Below are positions 28,436 through 39,343 of a DNA stretch of 64,000 nucleotides, one piece after another. How positions within the stretch are numbered: position 1 is the stretch's first letter; each line of letters starts with the position of its first letter. Under the pieces are notes generated by a model that ran no database searches, had not been told where the DNA came from, and saw only the letters and a list, made by a program, of their open reading frames with translations. Origin of the DNA: a virus; IMG/VR virus record IMGVR_UViG_3300025000_000065, positions 32,001 to 96,000 of that record. The stretch is one strand, 5' to 3'. The translations under genes and the position numbers were made by a program.

Positions 28436-31039
28436 ATGATTACTAATTTTGAAAAAAAATATGTTTATGATATTGAAGTATTTCCTAATTTTTTTTCTTC
28501 CATATTTTTAGATATAGATACTCAAGAAAAAGAAACTTTTATTATATTTCAAAAGAGAAATGATACTAAAGAATTATTCAATTTTTTAAACAGAAATATT
28601 CAAATAATAGGTTATAATAATATTTATTATGATGGTGCTATTTTATATTATATTCTTGAAAACATGGAATTATCAATAGAAGATTTACTAACTAATATAT
28701 TTAGAATATCTAGCAAATTAGTTTCTGATGATTTTAGATTTGATAAAGAGATTAGAGAATTACAATTTCCAGGAAAAGAGTTACCTTATTATCAATTGGA
28801 TTTGATGAAGATACTCGCTTTTGATAAGTTAGGTATAAGTTTAAAGCAAACATCCATTAACTTAAAATGGCATAAGGTACAAGATCTTCCTTTAGAATAT
28901 GATACCCTGATAAAAAAAGAACAAATTAACATTATACTAGATTATAACTTCAATGATGTTTTAATTACTTTCGAGTTATATAAAAAAATATTACCCTTAA
29001 TCAATTTAAGAAAAGATTTAGGAGAAATATTTAAGGTTGATTTAAATAACGCTAGCGATAGCAAAATGGCTAATGTTTTATTAGAAGAGATTTATTCTAA
29101 AGAATTAAATTTAGATATAAATACCATTAAAAATTTACGAACAAAGAGAGATCAATTCATGTTATCTGAATGTATATCAGATAAAATAGAGTTTAAGACA
29201 AATAAATTAAAGAAAATAAAACTAGAAATAGAGAATACTCTTGTTCGTAAAGACACTAATTATAGATATAAAAAGCAAATAGAATTCGCAGGATGTAAAT
29301 ACGAATTAGGTATTGGAGGATTGCATAGTGTAGATGATGCTAGATTGTTTGAAACAGATGATAACTATCTAATACAAGACTGTGATGTTTCTAGTTATTA
29401 TCCTAATATTATATTGAATGAAAAAATTATTCCTGAGCATTTAGATGAAGGATTTCTAAAGGTATTAGACAAAATAACTAAGGAAAGATTAGAAGCTAAA
29501 CACACAGGAGATAAAGTTAAAGCTGATGGTTTAAAAATCACAATCAATTCTATTTTTGGAAAATTAGGAAGTAATACTTTCTGGTTGGAAGATGCTAAAG
29601 CTATGATCAGTGTTACTTTATCTGGTCAATTATATTTATTAAGTTTAATAGAATCTCTAGTTTTAGAAGGAATACCTACCATATCTGCTAATACAGATGG
29701 TATAATTTGTAAAATACCAAAAAATCTAGAAAAAAAATATTATGAAGTATGTAAGCAATGGGAAAAAAGAACAAATTTTGAATTAGAGTACACTCCATAT
29801 TCTTTATATATTAGGTCGGATGTTAATAATTATATTAGCAAAAAGACAGATAATGAAACAAAAGAAAAAGGAAGATATACAAAAGAGATAAGTATTAAAA
29901 AGGGCTATAAATATCCTATTGTTGCTGTAGCAATGTATGAATATTTTATTAATAAAAAACCAATTTTAGAAACGTATAAGGAATCTACTGATATTTTAGA
30001 TTTTTGTATATCTCAAAAAGCTGGGGGAGATTTTCAAGTAGAATTTCATAAAAATGATAATATTGAATTTTTACAAAAAAATAATAGATTTTTTATTAGT
30101 AAAGATGGTGGAAAATTAATAAAAAGAAGAAAGTCAGATAATACTACAATTGGATTATTTGTAGATCAGCTAACTACAGTCATAAATGATTACGATAAAA
30201 ATATATCAATTGATACTTATAATATAGATTATGACTTTTACGTAGAAGAAGCTTACAAATATATTAACGATATTGAACTTAATAAAGATACAAAAATAGA
30301 TTTTTCTATTAATGATATTAGTGAAGACGAAATTAAAATAGAAAAACCTGATCCCGAAATAGAAAAAATATTAAATAAACTAAACAAAATAAAAGGTTTG
30401 AGTACTGGAGTAGTTCAAAATTTGCTAATCATTCATAATAAGTTTAAATCTGGAAGTTTTTTAGACTTATTAGTATTCGCAGAAGACAACTCTTATCTAT
30501 CTACCAAATTTGAAGATCTAATAAAAATAAGATATTTTGAAGAATTTGGAAAAAACAAAAAACTATATGAATTTTATCAAGAATTTACTTCTGGTAAAAA
30601 CAGATATTCCAAAACACACACAGATAAAACAAAAGAAAAAAGGATTTCTGAACTACAAAAAATATGGAATGACATTCCCAATAAAAATTATTCAATTCAA
30701 GAACAAATAAAAAACGAATTAGAAATCTTAAACGAAATTCAAACTAACTTTCCAGTAAACAAAAACTATGCAGTAGCAATAGAATTAGATTTAAAATATT
30801 CTCCAAAAATAGAATTTCAAAATCTCTTGACAGGAGAAAGAAAAACGTTTAAAATAAAGAGTAAGATTTATAATGAATTTTCTATAAATAAAGGTGACAT
30901 TTTATTGTTTAAAAAGGTTATAAAAAAGAATTCTATGACTAAAAACGAAGAAGGTAAATGGGTTCAAATAGAAGATAAATTTGATTTATGGCTAGATGTA
31001 TATTATATTATTAAAGAAAATGATAAATTATCGAAGTAA
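28436..31039 (+). CDS. Family B-type DNA polymerase with 3'-5' exonuclease and about 220-aa C-terminal extension resembling phage DnaE C-termini
   Basis: YDIE, GYNN..YD, YNFND; DVSSYYPN, KITINSIFGK, NTDG; tail LNKIKGL..LIKIRYFEEFG..KYSPKI. Confidence 0.85.
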   Translation: MITNFEKKYVYDIEVFPNFFSSIFLDIDTQEKETFIIFQKRNDTKELFNFLNRNIQIIGYNNIYYDGAILYYILENMELSIEDLLTNIFRISSKLVSDDFRFDKEIRELQFPGKELPYYQLDLMKILAFDKLGISLKQTSINLKWHKVQDLPLEYDTLIKKEQINIILDYNFNDVLITFELYKKILPLINLRKDLGEIFKVDLNNASDSKMANVLLEEIYSKELNLDINTIKNLRTKRDQFMLSECISDKIEFKTNKLKKIKLEIENTLVRKDTNYRYKKQIEFAGCKYELGIGGLHSVDDARLFETDDNYLIQDCDVSSYYPNIILNEKIIPEHLDEGFLKVLDKITKERLEAKHTGDKVKADGLKITINSIFGKLGSNTFWLEDAKAMISVTLSGQLYLLSLIESLVLEGIPTISANTDGIICKIPKNLEKKYYEVCKQWEKRTNFELEYTPYSLYIRSDVNNYISKKTDNETKEKGRYTKEISIKKGYKYPIVAVAMYEYFINKKPILETYKESTDILDFCISQKAGGDFQVEFHKNDNIEFLQKNNRFFISKDGGKLIKRRKSDNTTIGLFVDQLTTVINDYDKNISIDTYNIDYDFYVEEAYKYINDIELNKDTKIDFSINDISEDEIKIEKPDPEIEKILNKLNKIKGLSTGVVQNLLIIHNKFKSGSFLDLLVFAEDNSYLSTKFEDLIKIRYFEEFGKNKKLYEFYQEFTSGKNRYSKTHTDKTKEKRISELQKIWNDIPNKNYSIQEQIKNELEILNEIQTNFPVNKNYAVAIELDLKYSPKIEFQNLLTGERKTFKIKSKIYNEFSINKGDILLFKKVIKKNSMTKNEEGKWVQIEDKFDLWLDVYYIIKENDKLSK

Positions 31040-31065
31040 GACTGATATAGAAACGGAGATAATTC

Positions 31066-33411
31066 TTGAAAGAATTCAAAATAAAACACTACAAGGAAGA
31101 AGAGGATTTATTGTCTGTGATTTACAATAATAAAAAATCGGATTTACCAATAGATTTTGATCAAGTATATGAATTTACAGGATTTTCAACTCATGAAAGA
31201 TTTTATTCTGATGATTCATCATGGGGTGTTTATACTTTTAATTCAGAAATAGAACTGCCTACTTCCATTATTATTAATGATATAAATATTTTTTCTACAA
31301 AAGAAGATGACAAAATTCTATATCAGGTAACTCTACGTGGAAAAATGCAACAATTAGATCCTTTTTCTAATGTTCCATATAAAGTAAAAGCTAAGTTATC
31401 CAATCATTCAAAATGGGGATATGGATTTGAAGTTATCAGTATTTCTCAAGATACTCCAAAAACCGTTGAAGATACTGGACTATTTTTAAAATCAATTTTA
31501 ACAGAAAATCAAACCAATATACTTTTAGAGATTTATCCTGATATTGTAGATATGGTTATAAATAATCCTAATGTTGATTCAGAAATTGATTTGAATAAAC
31601 TCAATGGAATTAAAGAATTTACCTGGAAAATTATAAAAAATAAAATTTTAGATAATTATTTAATGGCAGATGTATTATCACTTTTATCACCATATGGTAT
31701 TTCACAAAAAAGAATTAAACAACTTTTCAATGAAGAGGCAAACCCATATTTATTAAAAGAAAAATTATTGAACGATCCATATATAATTACTGAAATAGAT
31801 GGTATTGGATTTAAAACTGCTGATGCAATTTCATTAAAAATAAATCCAAGTTTATTGATTTCCGAACAAAGAACAAGAGGATTTGTTAAAGATTATTTAA
31901 AAAATATTGGAGAAGAAAGAGGCGATACCTGGATTTATTTAAGTGAATTAGATTCCGCTATTAAAGAAAATGTTCTTGAGACAGAAATATTGTATAACGA
32001 ATTTATCGAATCTGAAAAACAACATGAAACCATTCTCCACATTGAAAAAGATGAAGAAAAAAATGATTATAAAGTAGGCTTTCATTATTACTATTGGATT
32101 GAAAGTGAAATATGGGATAAAATAATTGCTTCTAATAAAGAAGAACCTTTATGGATCAACCAAGAACATATTGATAATGGAATTAAAGAAGCAGAAAAAG
32201 AACAAGGTTTTACTTTTACTGAAGAACAAAAACAAGCAATTATAAACATGACTAAAAATAATTTTAATACTTTGTCATCTCCGGCAGGTTGTGGAAAATC
32301 AACCATATCTAGGGGTATATTAAAAATATATCAAAAGGCAGGATATTCTATAAATTGTGCTACGCTATCCGCAAAAGCAGCGATTAGATTAAATGAAACA
32401 ACTGGATTTCCAAGTCAAACAATACATCGACTTTTAGAAGCCCGACCAGGAGGAGTATTCGGGCGCAATCGTAATTTAAAGCTATCAGAAGGAGTGTTCT
32501 TAATTGATGAATGCTCAATGATTAATTCTTATTTATTCAAAAAATTATTTGAAGCAATTTCAGAAAATTCTAAAATTATTCTTGTAGGAGATAACTACCA
32601 GGTCAGCCCAATAGGGTATGGAAATACTTTTGAAGATATACTAAAAAAAGATTTTTTACAAAACAATAAATTAACTAAAATACTTAGACAGGCTGCAAAA
32701 AGTGGAATTATTAGTGATTCCAATAAAATAAGACAAGGAATATCGCCTTTTATAAAAAAAGAACCCAAAATGGTCAGGGGAGAATTACAAGATATTTTTT
32801 ATATATTTAGAGACAATCGAGAATCATTAAATAAAATAGCCATCAATAGTTTTATGAAATCTTTAGAAGAAGGGAGATCCATTGATGACATCGTTATTTT
32901 AGTTCCAAGAAAAAAAGATGTAATCAATTCCACTCAAGAAATAAATAAAAAAATACAATCTATATTAATGAAAAATGAAACAAGATTTATTGATTATGGA
33001 AATTCAAAATATTATTTTGGAGATAAGGTAATTCATATAAAAAATAATTATGATAAAAATGTAATGAATGGAGAAATGGGAAGAATAATATCTATTTATA
33101 AAAACAATGATAAGCAAGATTGTATCTTGGTGGATTTTGGGGATAAAGAAATTGAATATACAAAAAGAGATATGAAAGAATTAGATTTAGGTTATTCTCT
33201 CACAGCATATAAATTCCAAGGATCACAATCTTTAGATGTTATTACAATTATTGATAATACTCATTTTATGTTATTAAGTAAAAACTATCTCTACACCGCA
33301 ATAACCAGATCAATCAGCCGTTGTTTACTTCTCGCAGAACCATATGCATTTGATATGTGTATAAAAACAGATAGAACATCAACTAGAAACACTTGGATGA
33401 AAGGATTTTAA
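31066..33411 (+). CDS. RecD2-like SF1 helicase
   Basis: GIGFKTAD (HhH), AGCGKS, TIHRLL, IDECSM, GD..Q, RQ, KFQGSQ, YTAITR. Confidence 0.9.
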   Translation: MKEFKIKHYKEEEDLLSVIYNNKKSDLPIDFDQVYEFTGFSTHERFYSDDSSWGVYTFNSEIELPTSIIINDINIFSTKEDDKILYQVTLRGKMQQLDPFSNVPYKVKAKLSNHSKWGYGFEVISISQDTPKTVEDTGLFLKSILTENQTNILLEIYPDIVDMVINNPNVDSEIDLNKLNGIKEFTWKIIKNKILDNYLMADVLSLLSPYGISQKRIKQLFNEEANPYLLKEKLLNDPYIITEIDGIGFKTADAISLKINPSLLISEQRTRGFVKDYLKNIGEERGDTWIYLSELDSAIKENVLETEILYNEFIESEKQHETILHIEKDEEKNDYKVGFHYYYWIESEIWDKIIASNKEEPLWINQEHIDNGIKEAEKEQGFTFTEEQKQAIINMTKNNFNTLSSPAGCGKSTISRGILKIYQKAGYSINCATLSAKAAIRLNETTGFPSQTIHRLLEARPGGVFGRNRNLKLSEGVFLIDECSMINSYLFKKLFEAISENSKIILVGDNYQVSPIGYGNTFEDILKKDFLQNNKLTKILRQAAKSGIISDSNKIRQGISPFIKKEPKMVRGELQDIFYIFRDNRESLNKIAINSFMKSLEEGRSIDDIVILVPRKKDVINSTQEINKKIQSILMKNETRFIDYGNSKYYFGDKVIHIKNNYDKNVMNGEMGRIISIYKNNDKQDCILVDFGDKEIEYTKRDMKELDLGYSLTAYKFQGSQSLDVITIIDNTHFMLLSKNYLYTAITRSISRCLLLAEPYAFDMCIKTDRTSTRNTWMKGF

Positions 33412-33474
33412 GTTTTCTTTAACATTTCAAACCTTAAAAAACATAAAACTTAAAGAAATTTTAACATTCAAACA

Positions 33475-33503
33475 TTGACTAAAATAAACTTACGTGATAA
33501 AAT
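33475..33503 (+). promoter_or_regulatory. Sigma70 promoter of nucleotide-metabolism operon
   Basis: TTGACT-17-TAAAAT with extended -10. Confidence 0.8.
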
Positions 33504-33544
33504 AAAATTCCATTTGCCAAACAAAGGAGATACTATATAAATAA

Positions 33545-34543
33545 ATGATTATAAAATCAGAATTAGAACCACTAGACTATGATGATGTTTTATTAGTACC
33601 AGAACAATCATGTATTAAAAGTAGAAAAGATGTAAATATTTTTGTTACAGATAAAAAATATATGCCTATTTTTTCTGCCCCAATGAAAGGAATTAGCAGT
33701 GTTCCATTCATAAAGGAATTGAGTAAATTAGGTGGAATTGGCATACTTCATAGATTCTTTTCTACTGAAGCTGAAAGATTAGAATCGATCATACAACTAA
33801 AAGAAACTAAAAATTACGGTATTGCCATTGGAATAAATCAATGGAAAAAAGAACTTACTTATGTTAAATTGGCAATTGGCAATGGAGCAAGATTTATTTG
33901 TATTGATACTGCTACTGGTCATATGCAAAGAACCATAGATTCTGTTTATTCATTAAATGAATATAGAAAAGAAAGTGGATTAAATTTTGAAATTATTTCT
34001 GGAAATGTTGCCACATATGAGGGATCTTTTCATTTAGCTAAAGCAGGTAGTGATTTTATTAGAGTTGGCATCGGTTCAGGGGGAGTTTGTGCCACTCGCA
34101 ATGTCACATCTGTAGGAGTTCCAGATTTAACAGCAATTCAAGATTGTTCCAGTATAAAAAATCTTTATCCAAATGTAAAAATTATTGCTGATGGTGGGAT
34201 AAAAAATTCTGGAAACGTAATAAAGGCTTTTGTGTTTGGTGCTGACTATGTAATGATAGGAAGTTTATTTGGGAAAAGTAAGGAATCTAATAATGGAGGT
34301 ATATTACATGGAATGAGTTCTTATAAATTGCAAAATGAAATGGGGAAACACTTAAAATCCAATGAGGGATTAGTAATACAAATACCCCAAGAAGAAATTA
34401 GACCATTGAAAGAAATATATGAAGAGTTTATATGGGGAGTTAAATCTGGTTTGTCATATCTTGATTGTTCAGATATTAATGAGTTACATAATCAAGAAGT
34501 GACATATATTAAAACAGGAAATGGAACTTTAAAAAAATTATGA
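33545..34543 (+). CDS. GMP reductase / IMP dehydrogenase family (no CBS domains)
   Basis: LDYDDVLLVP, SAPM, GNVAT, VGIGSGGVCATR, IADGGI, GMSS. Confidence 0.85.
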   Translation: MIIKSELEPLDYDDVLLVPEQSCIKSRKDVNIFVTDKKYMPIFSAPMKGISSVPFIKELSKLGGIGILHRFFSTEAERLESIIQLKETKNYGIAIGINQWKKELTYVKLAIGNGARFICIDTATGHMQRTIDSVYSLNEYRKESGLNFEIISGNVATYEGSFHLAKAGSDFIRVGIGSGGVCATRNVTSVGVPDLTAIQDCSSIKNLYPNVKIIADGGIKNSGNVIKAFVFGADYVMIGSLFGKSKESNNGGILHGMSSYKLQNEMGKHLKSNEGLVIQIPQEEIRPLKEIYEEFIWGVKSGLSYLDCSDINELHNQEVTYIKTGNGTLKKL

Positions 34544-35145
34544 CAGAAAAAGAAATAATTATTGGAGTTGATTGTGATGATGTTGTTATCAATTTAGTTC
34601 CTAATTGGGTTAAAATGTATAATGAAGATTATGATGATAATTTGGATATTCAAAATATAACCGAATGGAAAATTGATAAGTTTGTAAAATGTGGTAATGA
34701 TATTTATGATTATATTCATCCAACACCAGAATTCCTATTTAATATTTATGATTATTGTGAACCAATTGAAGGAGCACTTGATGGGATAAAGTCTCTAAGA
34801 AAAATTGGATTTAGAATCATATATGTTACAGCAAGCAATAAAATGGATTTTAAATATCAATGGTTAGAAAAATACGGATTCTTAGATAAACGAGAAAACT
34901 TCGTTCAGGCTTTTGATAAAAATTTAATTAATATAAATTTTCTTATTGATGACAGTTGGGAAAACGTTCAAAGTTTTATTAAAAATCCTAATAAAAGCGC
35001 AATTTTATTTAATGCACCCTGGAATACTTCAAAACAAGATAATTATAAAGAGGTCGATCATAGATATACTAGAATGAATAATTGGTATGAAATTGTAGAT
35101 AGTTTTACCTGGTTGAGCAAACAAATAGAAGGAATTTTAGGATGA
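34540..35145 (+). CDS. 5'(3')-deoxyribonucleotidase (HAD)
   Basis: VDCDDV, VTA, K..WL, LIDD, APWN. Confidence 0.82.
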   Translation: MTEKEIIIGVDCDDVVINLVPNWVKMYNEDYDDNLDIQNITEWKIDKFVKCGNDIYDYIHPTPEFLFNIYDYCEPIEGALDGIKSLRKIGFRIIYVTASNKMDFKYQWLEKYGFLDKRENFVQAFDKNLININFLIDDSWENVQSFIKNPNKSAILFNAPWNTSKQDNYKEVDHRYTRMNNWYEIVDSFTWLSKQIEGILG

Positions 35146-35681
35146 AAGTAATAACTTTTTCTGGAAAAGCACAACATGGAAAAGACACGACAGCAAAATA
35201 TGTAAAAGAAGTTCTTGAATCTTATGGCAAAAGAGTTGTTATTTTACATTTTGCAGATTATTTAAAGTATGTTTGTAAAGAATATTTCAATTGGAATGGA
35301 ATTAAGGATGAAAAAGGAAGAACCATTTTACAAAGGGTGGGAACTGATTTAGCCAGAAAAAATAATCCTGATATTTGGGTTAATGTAATATTAGATTTTA
35401 TACTTGCTTTTAAAACAGAATTTGATTATTTTTTAGTTCCAGATTGTAGATTTCCAAATGAAATAAATTTGCTAAAAGTAAAATATTATTCAACCTATTC
35501 AGTGATAGTTAAAAGAACTAATTTTGATAATGGGTTAACAGAATTACAAAAATCACATCCTTCTGAAACCGCTTTAGATAACTATAGATTTGACATTATG
35601 ATTTTAAATGAAGAAGGATTGGATTGTGTAAAAAAGAACGCCATAGAAATTTCTAGAATAATGGAATTACGTTCTGAGTAA
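35142..35681 (+). CDS. Deoxynucleoside monophosphate kinase
   Basis: SGKAQHGKDT, FAD.LK, R.ILQ.VGT, DCRFPNE, HPSE. Confidence 0.85.
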   Translation: MKVITFSGKAQHGKDTTAKYVKEVLESYGKRVVILHFADYLKYVCKEYFNWNGIKDEKGRTILQRVGTDLARKNNPDIWVNVILDFILAFKTEFDYFLVPDCRFPNEINLLKVKYYSTYSVIVKRTNFDNGLTELQKSHPSETALDNYRFDIMILNEEGLDCVKKNAIEISRIMELRSE

Positions 35682-35736
35682 GAATTAGAACATGGATTTT
35701 TTTAATATTAATATTATTTTATTTAAGGAGGTATGA

Positions 35737-37650
35737 TTGGCAGAACTTAATGAAAAGGCAAAGAAAATTTTCGCATTAAAATATTCGAAAAATAAAACAA
35801 AAATTTGGAGTGAAAAATGTAGAACGATTGCAAAACAAATAGCTGAAGCAGGAAAAAATTATGGATTAACAGATGAACAAATATTAGAAGTCGAAGAAGA
35901 ATATTATAAAGTCATATATGATCTACTGATTCTTCCTGGTGGAAGAATAATTGCAAATGCTGGAACAGGAATAAAAAATCTTGCAAACTGTTTTGTTTTA
36001 GCTATTCAAGATTCTAGAAGTTCCATATATGAAGCGTTAAAAGATGCTGCAGAAGTTTTTGCTATGGGTGGAGGGGTAGGATATTCTTTTTCCAATATTC
36101 GAGAAAAAGGTGCTTTAATTAATTCTACTGGCGGTGAAGCTTCTGGCGCTTTGAGTTTTATGACATTGTTTGATCAAACAGGAGAAGTAATTCAACAAGC
36201 ATCTAGGAGAGGAGCTCAGTTAGGATCTTTAATTGTTTCACATCCCGATATTGAAAATTTTATTGAATTTAAATCTAATTTAGATGTGAGAAATTCAAGA
36301 TTAATGGAAGAGTATGATCGTAATTTAAAATCTTTTGATGGGAGATTAAAAAATACAAAATATGAAAAAGTTTTAGAAAAAACTCTTTTGGATGATCAAT
36401 TAACTCATTTCAATATTTCAGTTCTACTCACAGATGATTTTATGAATGCAGTAAAAGAAAATCGTAATTGGGATTTGATTTCTCCTGCAACAGGAAAAGT
36501 TATAAAAACAGTAAATGCAAAAGATTTATTATTACGAATGGCAACTCAAGCTTGGGAATCGGGAGATCCAGGGGAATTATTTTATGATCGAATAAATGAA
36601 GATAATATGGTGAAATTTTTAGAATTAATTTATGCAACCAACCCTTGTGGTGAAGTCCCCTTATTGTCTAACGAAAGTTGTATTCTGGCTTCAATTGTTC
36701 TTTTATATATTTTTGATCAAAAAACAAAACAAATTAATTGGGATTTATTAAAGACACTTATAAAAACATTGATTAGATTTTTAGATGATGTTACAGAAGT
36801 AACAGAAGCTCCATTAGATAAAATAAACATTGTTACAAAATCATTGAGACGCTTAGGCGGTGGAGTAATGGGTTTTGCAGATTTATTAGTAGAAATGAAC
36901 ATTCCATATGATTCAGATGAAGCAGTTGAATTATCGGAATATCTTTCATGGTTTATTAATTTCCATGCTTGGGAAGAATCATTTAAATTAGCTAAAGAAC
37001 GTGGTGCTTTTGCTTACTATGATTCGGAAAAAGTCGATCTCCACGTAGTTGAAAAAGTTTTATATGATAACCCTTATGAAAAATCATATATTAATCGAGA
37101 AGAATTAAGACAAATTGGCGTTAGAAACGTTGCCTGCATCAGTCTTGCACCTACGGGGTCTATTGCTATTATTGGTGGCGTAAATAGCGCAATTGAGCCA
37201 TTTTTTGCCCTTGCCTATAAACGCAACATCACAGAGGGGGTGGGAAATATTGCTAAAGATTCTATCTTTGAAGTGAATCCTGCATTAGAAAGAAAATTAA
37301 AAGAATTTGGATATGATAAAGAGAAAATAAATAATATATTGGAATACGCTTCTTCGACAGGAACATTAACCGGATGCAAATTAGTGTCTGAGGAAGTACA
37401 AAAATTATTCAAAACATCTAATGAGATTCCTTGGAAAAGGCATGTAGATATTCAAGCTGCATGGCAAAAATATACAAGTAATGCTATATCTAAAACCATT
37501 AATATTCCTGAAGAAGCTACTGTTCAAGATATTTTTGATATTTATCTCTATATGTGGGAAAAAAGATTAAAAGGCGGAACTATTTATAGAAACAATAGCA
37601 AATCATTTCAAATCTTAGAGAAACCAGAAAATATACAAAAGGAAAAATAA
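35737..37650 (+). CDS. nrdJ: Class II (B12-dependent) ribonucleotide reductase
   Basis: PGGRI, NCFV, RRGA, TNPCGE, SCIL, APTGS, ISKTIN; no nrdB seen in window. Confidence 0.85.
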   Translation: MAELNEKAKKIFALKYSKNKTKIWSEKCRTIAKQIAEAGKNYGLTDEQILEVEEEYYKVIYDLLILPGGRIIANAGTGIKNLANCFVLAIQDSRSSIYEALKDAAEVFAMGGGVGYSFSNIREKGALINSTGGEASGALSFMTLFDQTGEVIQQASRRGAQLGSLIVSHPDIENFIEFKSNLDVRNSRLMEEYDRNLKSFDGRLKNTKYEKVLEKTLLDDQLTHFNISVLLTDDFMNAVKENRNWDLISPATGKVIKTVNAKDLLLRMATQAWESGDPGELFYDRINEDNMVKFLELIYATNPCGEVPLLSNESCILASIVLLYIFDQKTKQINWDLLKTLIKTLIRFLDDVTEVTEAPLDKINIVTKSLRRLGGGVMGFADLLVEMNIPYDSDEAVELSEYLSWFINFHAWEESFKLAKERGAFAYYDSEKVDLHVVEKVLYDNPYEKSYINREELRQIGVRNVACISLAPTGSIAIIGGVNSAIEPFFALAYKRNITEGVGNIAKDSIFEVNPALERKLKEFGYDKEKINNILEYASSTGTLTGCKLVSEEVQKLFKTSNEIPWKRHVDIQAAWQKYTSNAISKTINIPEEATVQDIFDIYLYMWEKRLKGGTIYRNNSKSFQILEKPENIQKEK

Positions 37651-37653
37651 AAA

Positions 37654-38007
37654 ATGAATATTAACGAATATTGTGAATTAGCAAACAGAACAAACGCCAA
37701 TCTTGAAACTGAAGTCTTAAATACTCTCCACATGCTTATGGGAATGCAAACGGAAATTGGAGAATTAACAGATCCATTTAAAAAACAATTAGCATATAAT
37801 AAACCTGTTGATTGGATAAATGTAAAAGAAGAAATTGGTGATTTAATGTGGTACATAGGAAATTTATGTTACATGTTAAACTTCGACTTAGAAAAAATAT
37901 TAGAAAAAAATATTGAAAAATTAAAAACCCGTTATCCAGATAAATTTGATTCAGGATATGCCATACAAAGAAATCTCAACAAAGAACGAAGCATTTTAGA
38001 ATCATAA
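37654..38007 (+). CDS. MazG-like NTP pyrophosphohydrolase
   Basis: GMQTEIGE, EEIGDLMWY, NIEKLKTRYP. Confidence 0.85.
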   Translation: MNINEYCELANRTNANLETEVLNTLHMLMGMQTEIGELTDPFKKQLAYNKPVDWINVKEEIGDLMWYIGNLCYMLNFDLEKILEKNIEKLKTRYPDKFDSGYAIQRNLNKERSILES

Positions 38008-38050
38008 TAATCCTAATTATAATAATCATGATTATATAAAAATCCAAAAA

Positions 38051-38080
38051 AAAATAACTCCTATTTTTAGGAGTTATTTT
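38051..38080 (+). terminator. Intrinsic terminator
   Basis: AAAATAACTCCTA-tttt-TAGGAGTTATTTT. Confidence 0.8.
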
Positions 38081-38091
38081 AATATTGATAC

Positions 38092-38120
38092 TTGACAACA
38101 AATAAGAAAAGGTGTAAAAT
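38092..38120 (+). promoter_or_regulatory. Sigma70 promoter
   Basis: TTGACA-17-TAAAAT. Confidence 0.8.
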
Positions 38121-38162
38121 ATTTTATATCAATAAAAATTTTATAATAAGAAAGGAAAAATT

Positions 38163-38390
38163 ATGAAATATGAAAATTTAGAAAAAGCAAGTGCATTATA
38201 TGATAAAATTAATCAAGTAAAAAACGTTATAAGAAACATGGAAGAAGAAATGAATCAAAACAATGACATCACCAAATATATCAATATAGGTGAAGAACAA
38301 TTTCAAATGGAACAAAAATTCTTTTTAGAAATATTAAATTGTATGATTTCTTATGATGAGTTTTTAATAAAAAAATTAGAAGAACTGTAA
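38163..38390 (+). CDS. Hypothetical protein
   Basis: AAAGGA RBS; stop overlaps palindromic site 38389. Confidence 0.55.
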   Translation: MKYENLEKASALYDKINQVKNVIRNMEEEMNQNNDITKYINIGEEQFQMEQKFFLEILNCMISYDEFLIKKLEEL

Positions 38391-38428
38391 TAAAACAAAC
38401 ATTTCATTAGGAATAAAGGAGACTAAAT

Positions 38429-38674
38429 ATGACTAAAAAACTTTCTGGAAGATATTGTTTTGAAGAAGATGGTTATAATCAAATGTACTGCATTCCCATA
38501 GAATTACAAAATAAATTTAATGAACTTTTTGATTATATAGTAATGTTAAAACAAGATGGTTCAACTAAACAATTAGAACAAATAGAATTGTTTAATTCTA
38601 TTTTTGCAGGTTATCGCTTAAATAAAGATCTTAATAAATATAGTTTTACCGATCTTCAAGAAATAGAGGAATAA
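38429..38674 (+). CDS. Hypothetical protein
   Basis: AAAGGAG RBS. Confidence 0.5.
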   Translation: MTKKLSGRYCFEEDGYNQMYCIPIELQNKFNELFDYIVMLKQDGSTKQLEQIELFNSIFAGYRLNKDLNKYSFTDLQEIEE

Positions 38675-38679
38675 TAAAA

Positions 38680-38901
38680 ATGTCCACTCAACACACATTA
38701 GGATTTAAATTTACTCATGGAGGATTCATTAATGAAACAATAGAACAATCACACAGCTTTGATGAATCCGAAGAAGGATTATTAGTTGATATGATACGAC
38801 AATACATGCATTTTCTAATTGCAGTTGGCTTTCATCCACAGTCAGTCGAAGATGTTATGGAAGAAATAGTGCAAGAAAAATCTTGGTCTGGTGGAAAATG
38901 A
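38680..38901 (+). CDS. Hypothetical protein
   Basis: GAGG RBS; FL.AVGF motif. Confidence 0.5.
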   Translation: MSTQHTLGFKFTHGGFINETIEQSHSFDESEEGLLVDMIRQYMHFLIAVGFHPQSVEDVMEEIVQEKSWSGGK

Positions 38902-39170
38902 ATAAACTAACACAACCAATAAAAAATATAGCCAAATGTTTGTTATGTGGAGATATCATAGAATCAAAACACAGACATGATTTTGTTACCTGTAAATGTG
39001 GAAATTTATCAGTAGATGGAGGACATGACTATTTTAAAAGAAGTATTGTTCATGGTCTTGATTCCTATAAAGAATTAAATCTCCTAAAAGATGAAGAAGA
39101 TAGAGAATCTGATTATTGCGAAAATTGTGATTTAGATAATCCAAGTTGTGATAAGTGCATAGGTTCATAA
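38898..39170 (+). CDS. Conserved Zn-binding phage protein
   Basis: CLLCGDIIESKHRHDFVTCKCG..VDGG. Confidence 0.7.
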   Translation: MNKLTQPIKNIAKCLLCGDIIESKHRHDFVTCKCGNLSVDGGHDYFKRSIVHGLDSYKELNLLKDEEDRESDYCENCDLDNPSCDKCIGS

Positions 39171-39343
39171 TATGCAATATTTTACATATAAGGAATAATA
39201 AAAATGAAGATAGAAAAATGGATGATAATTTATTGGATAGGCGCTATTTGTGCGTTTTGTGGATATTGTCTTGAGGATTTCGCTATTATACTTGGAGGAT
39301 TATTAATTTTATTAATAGGAACTATTAAAGGAATGACAAAACA

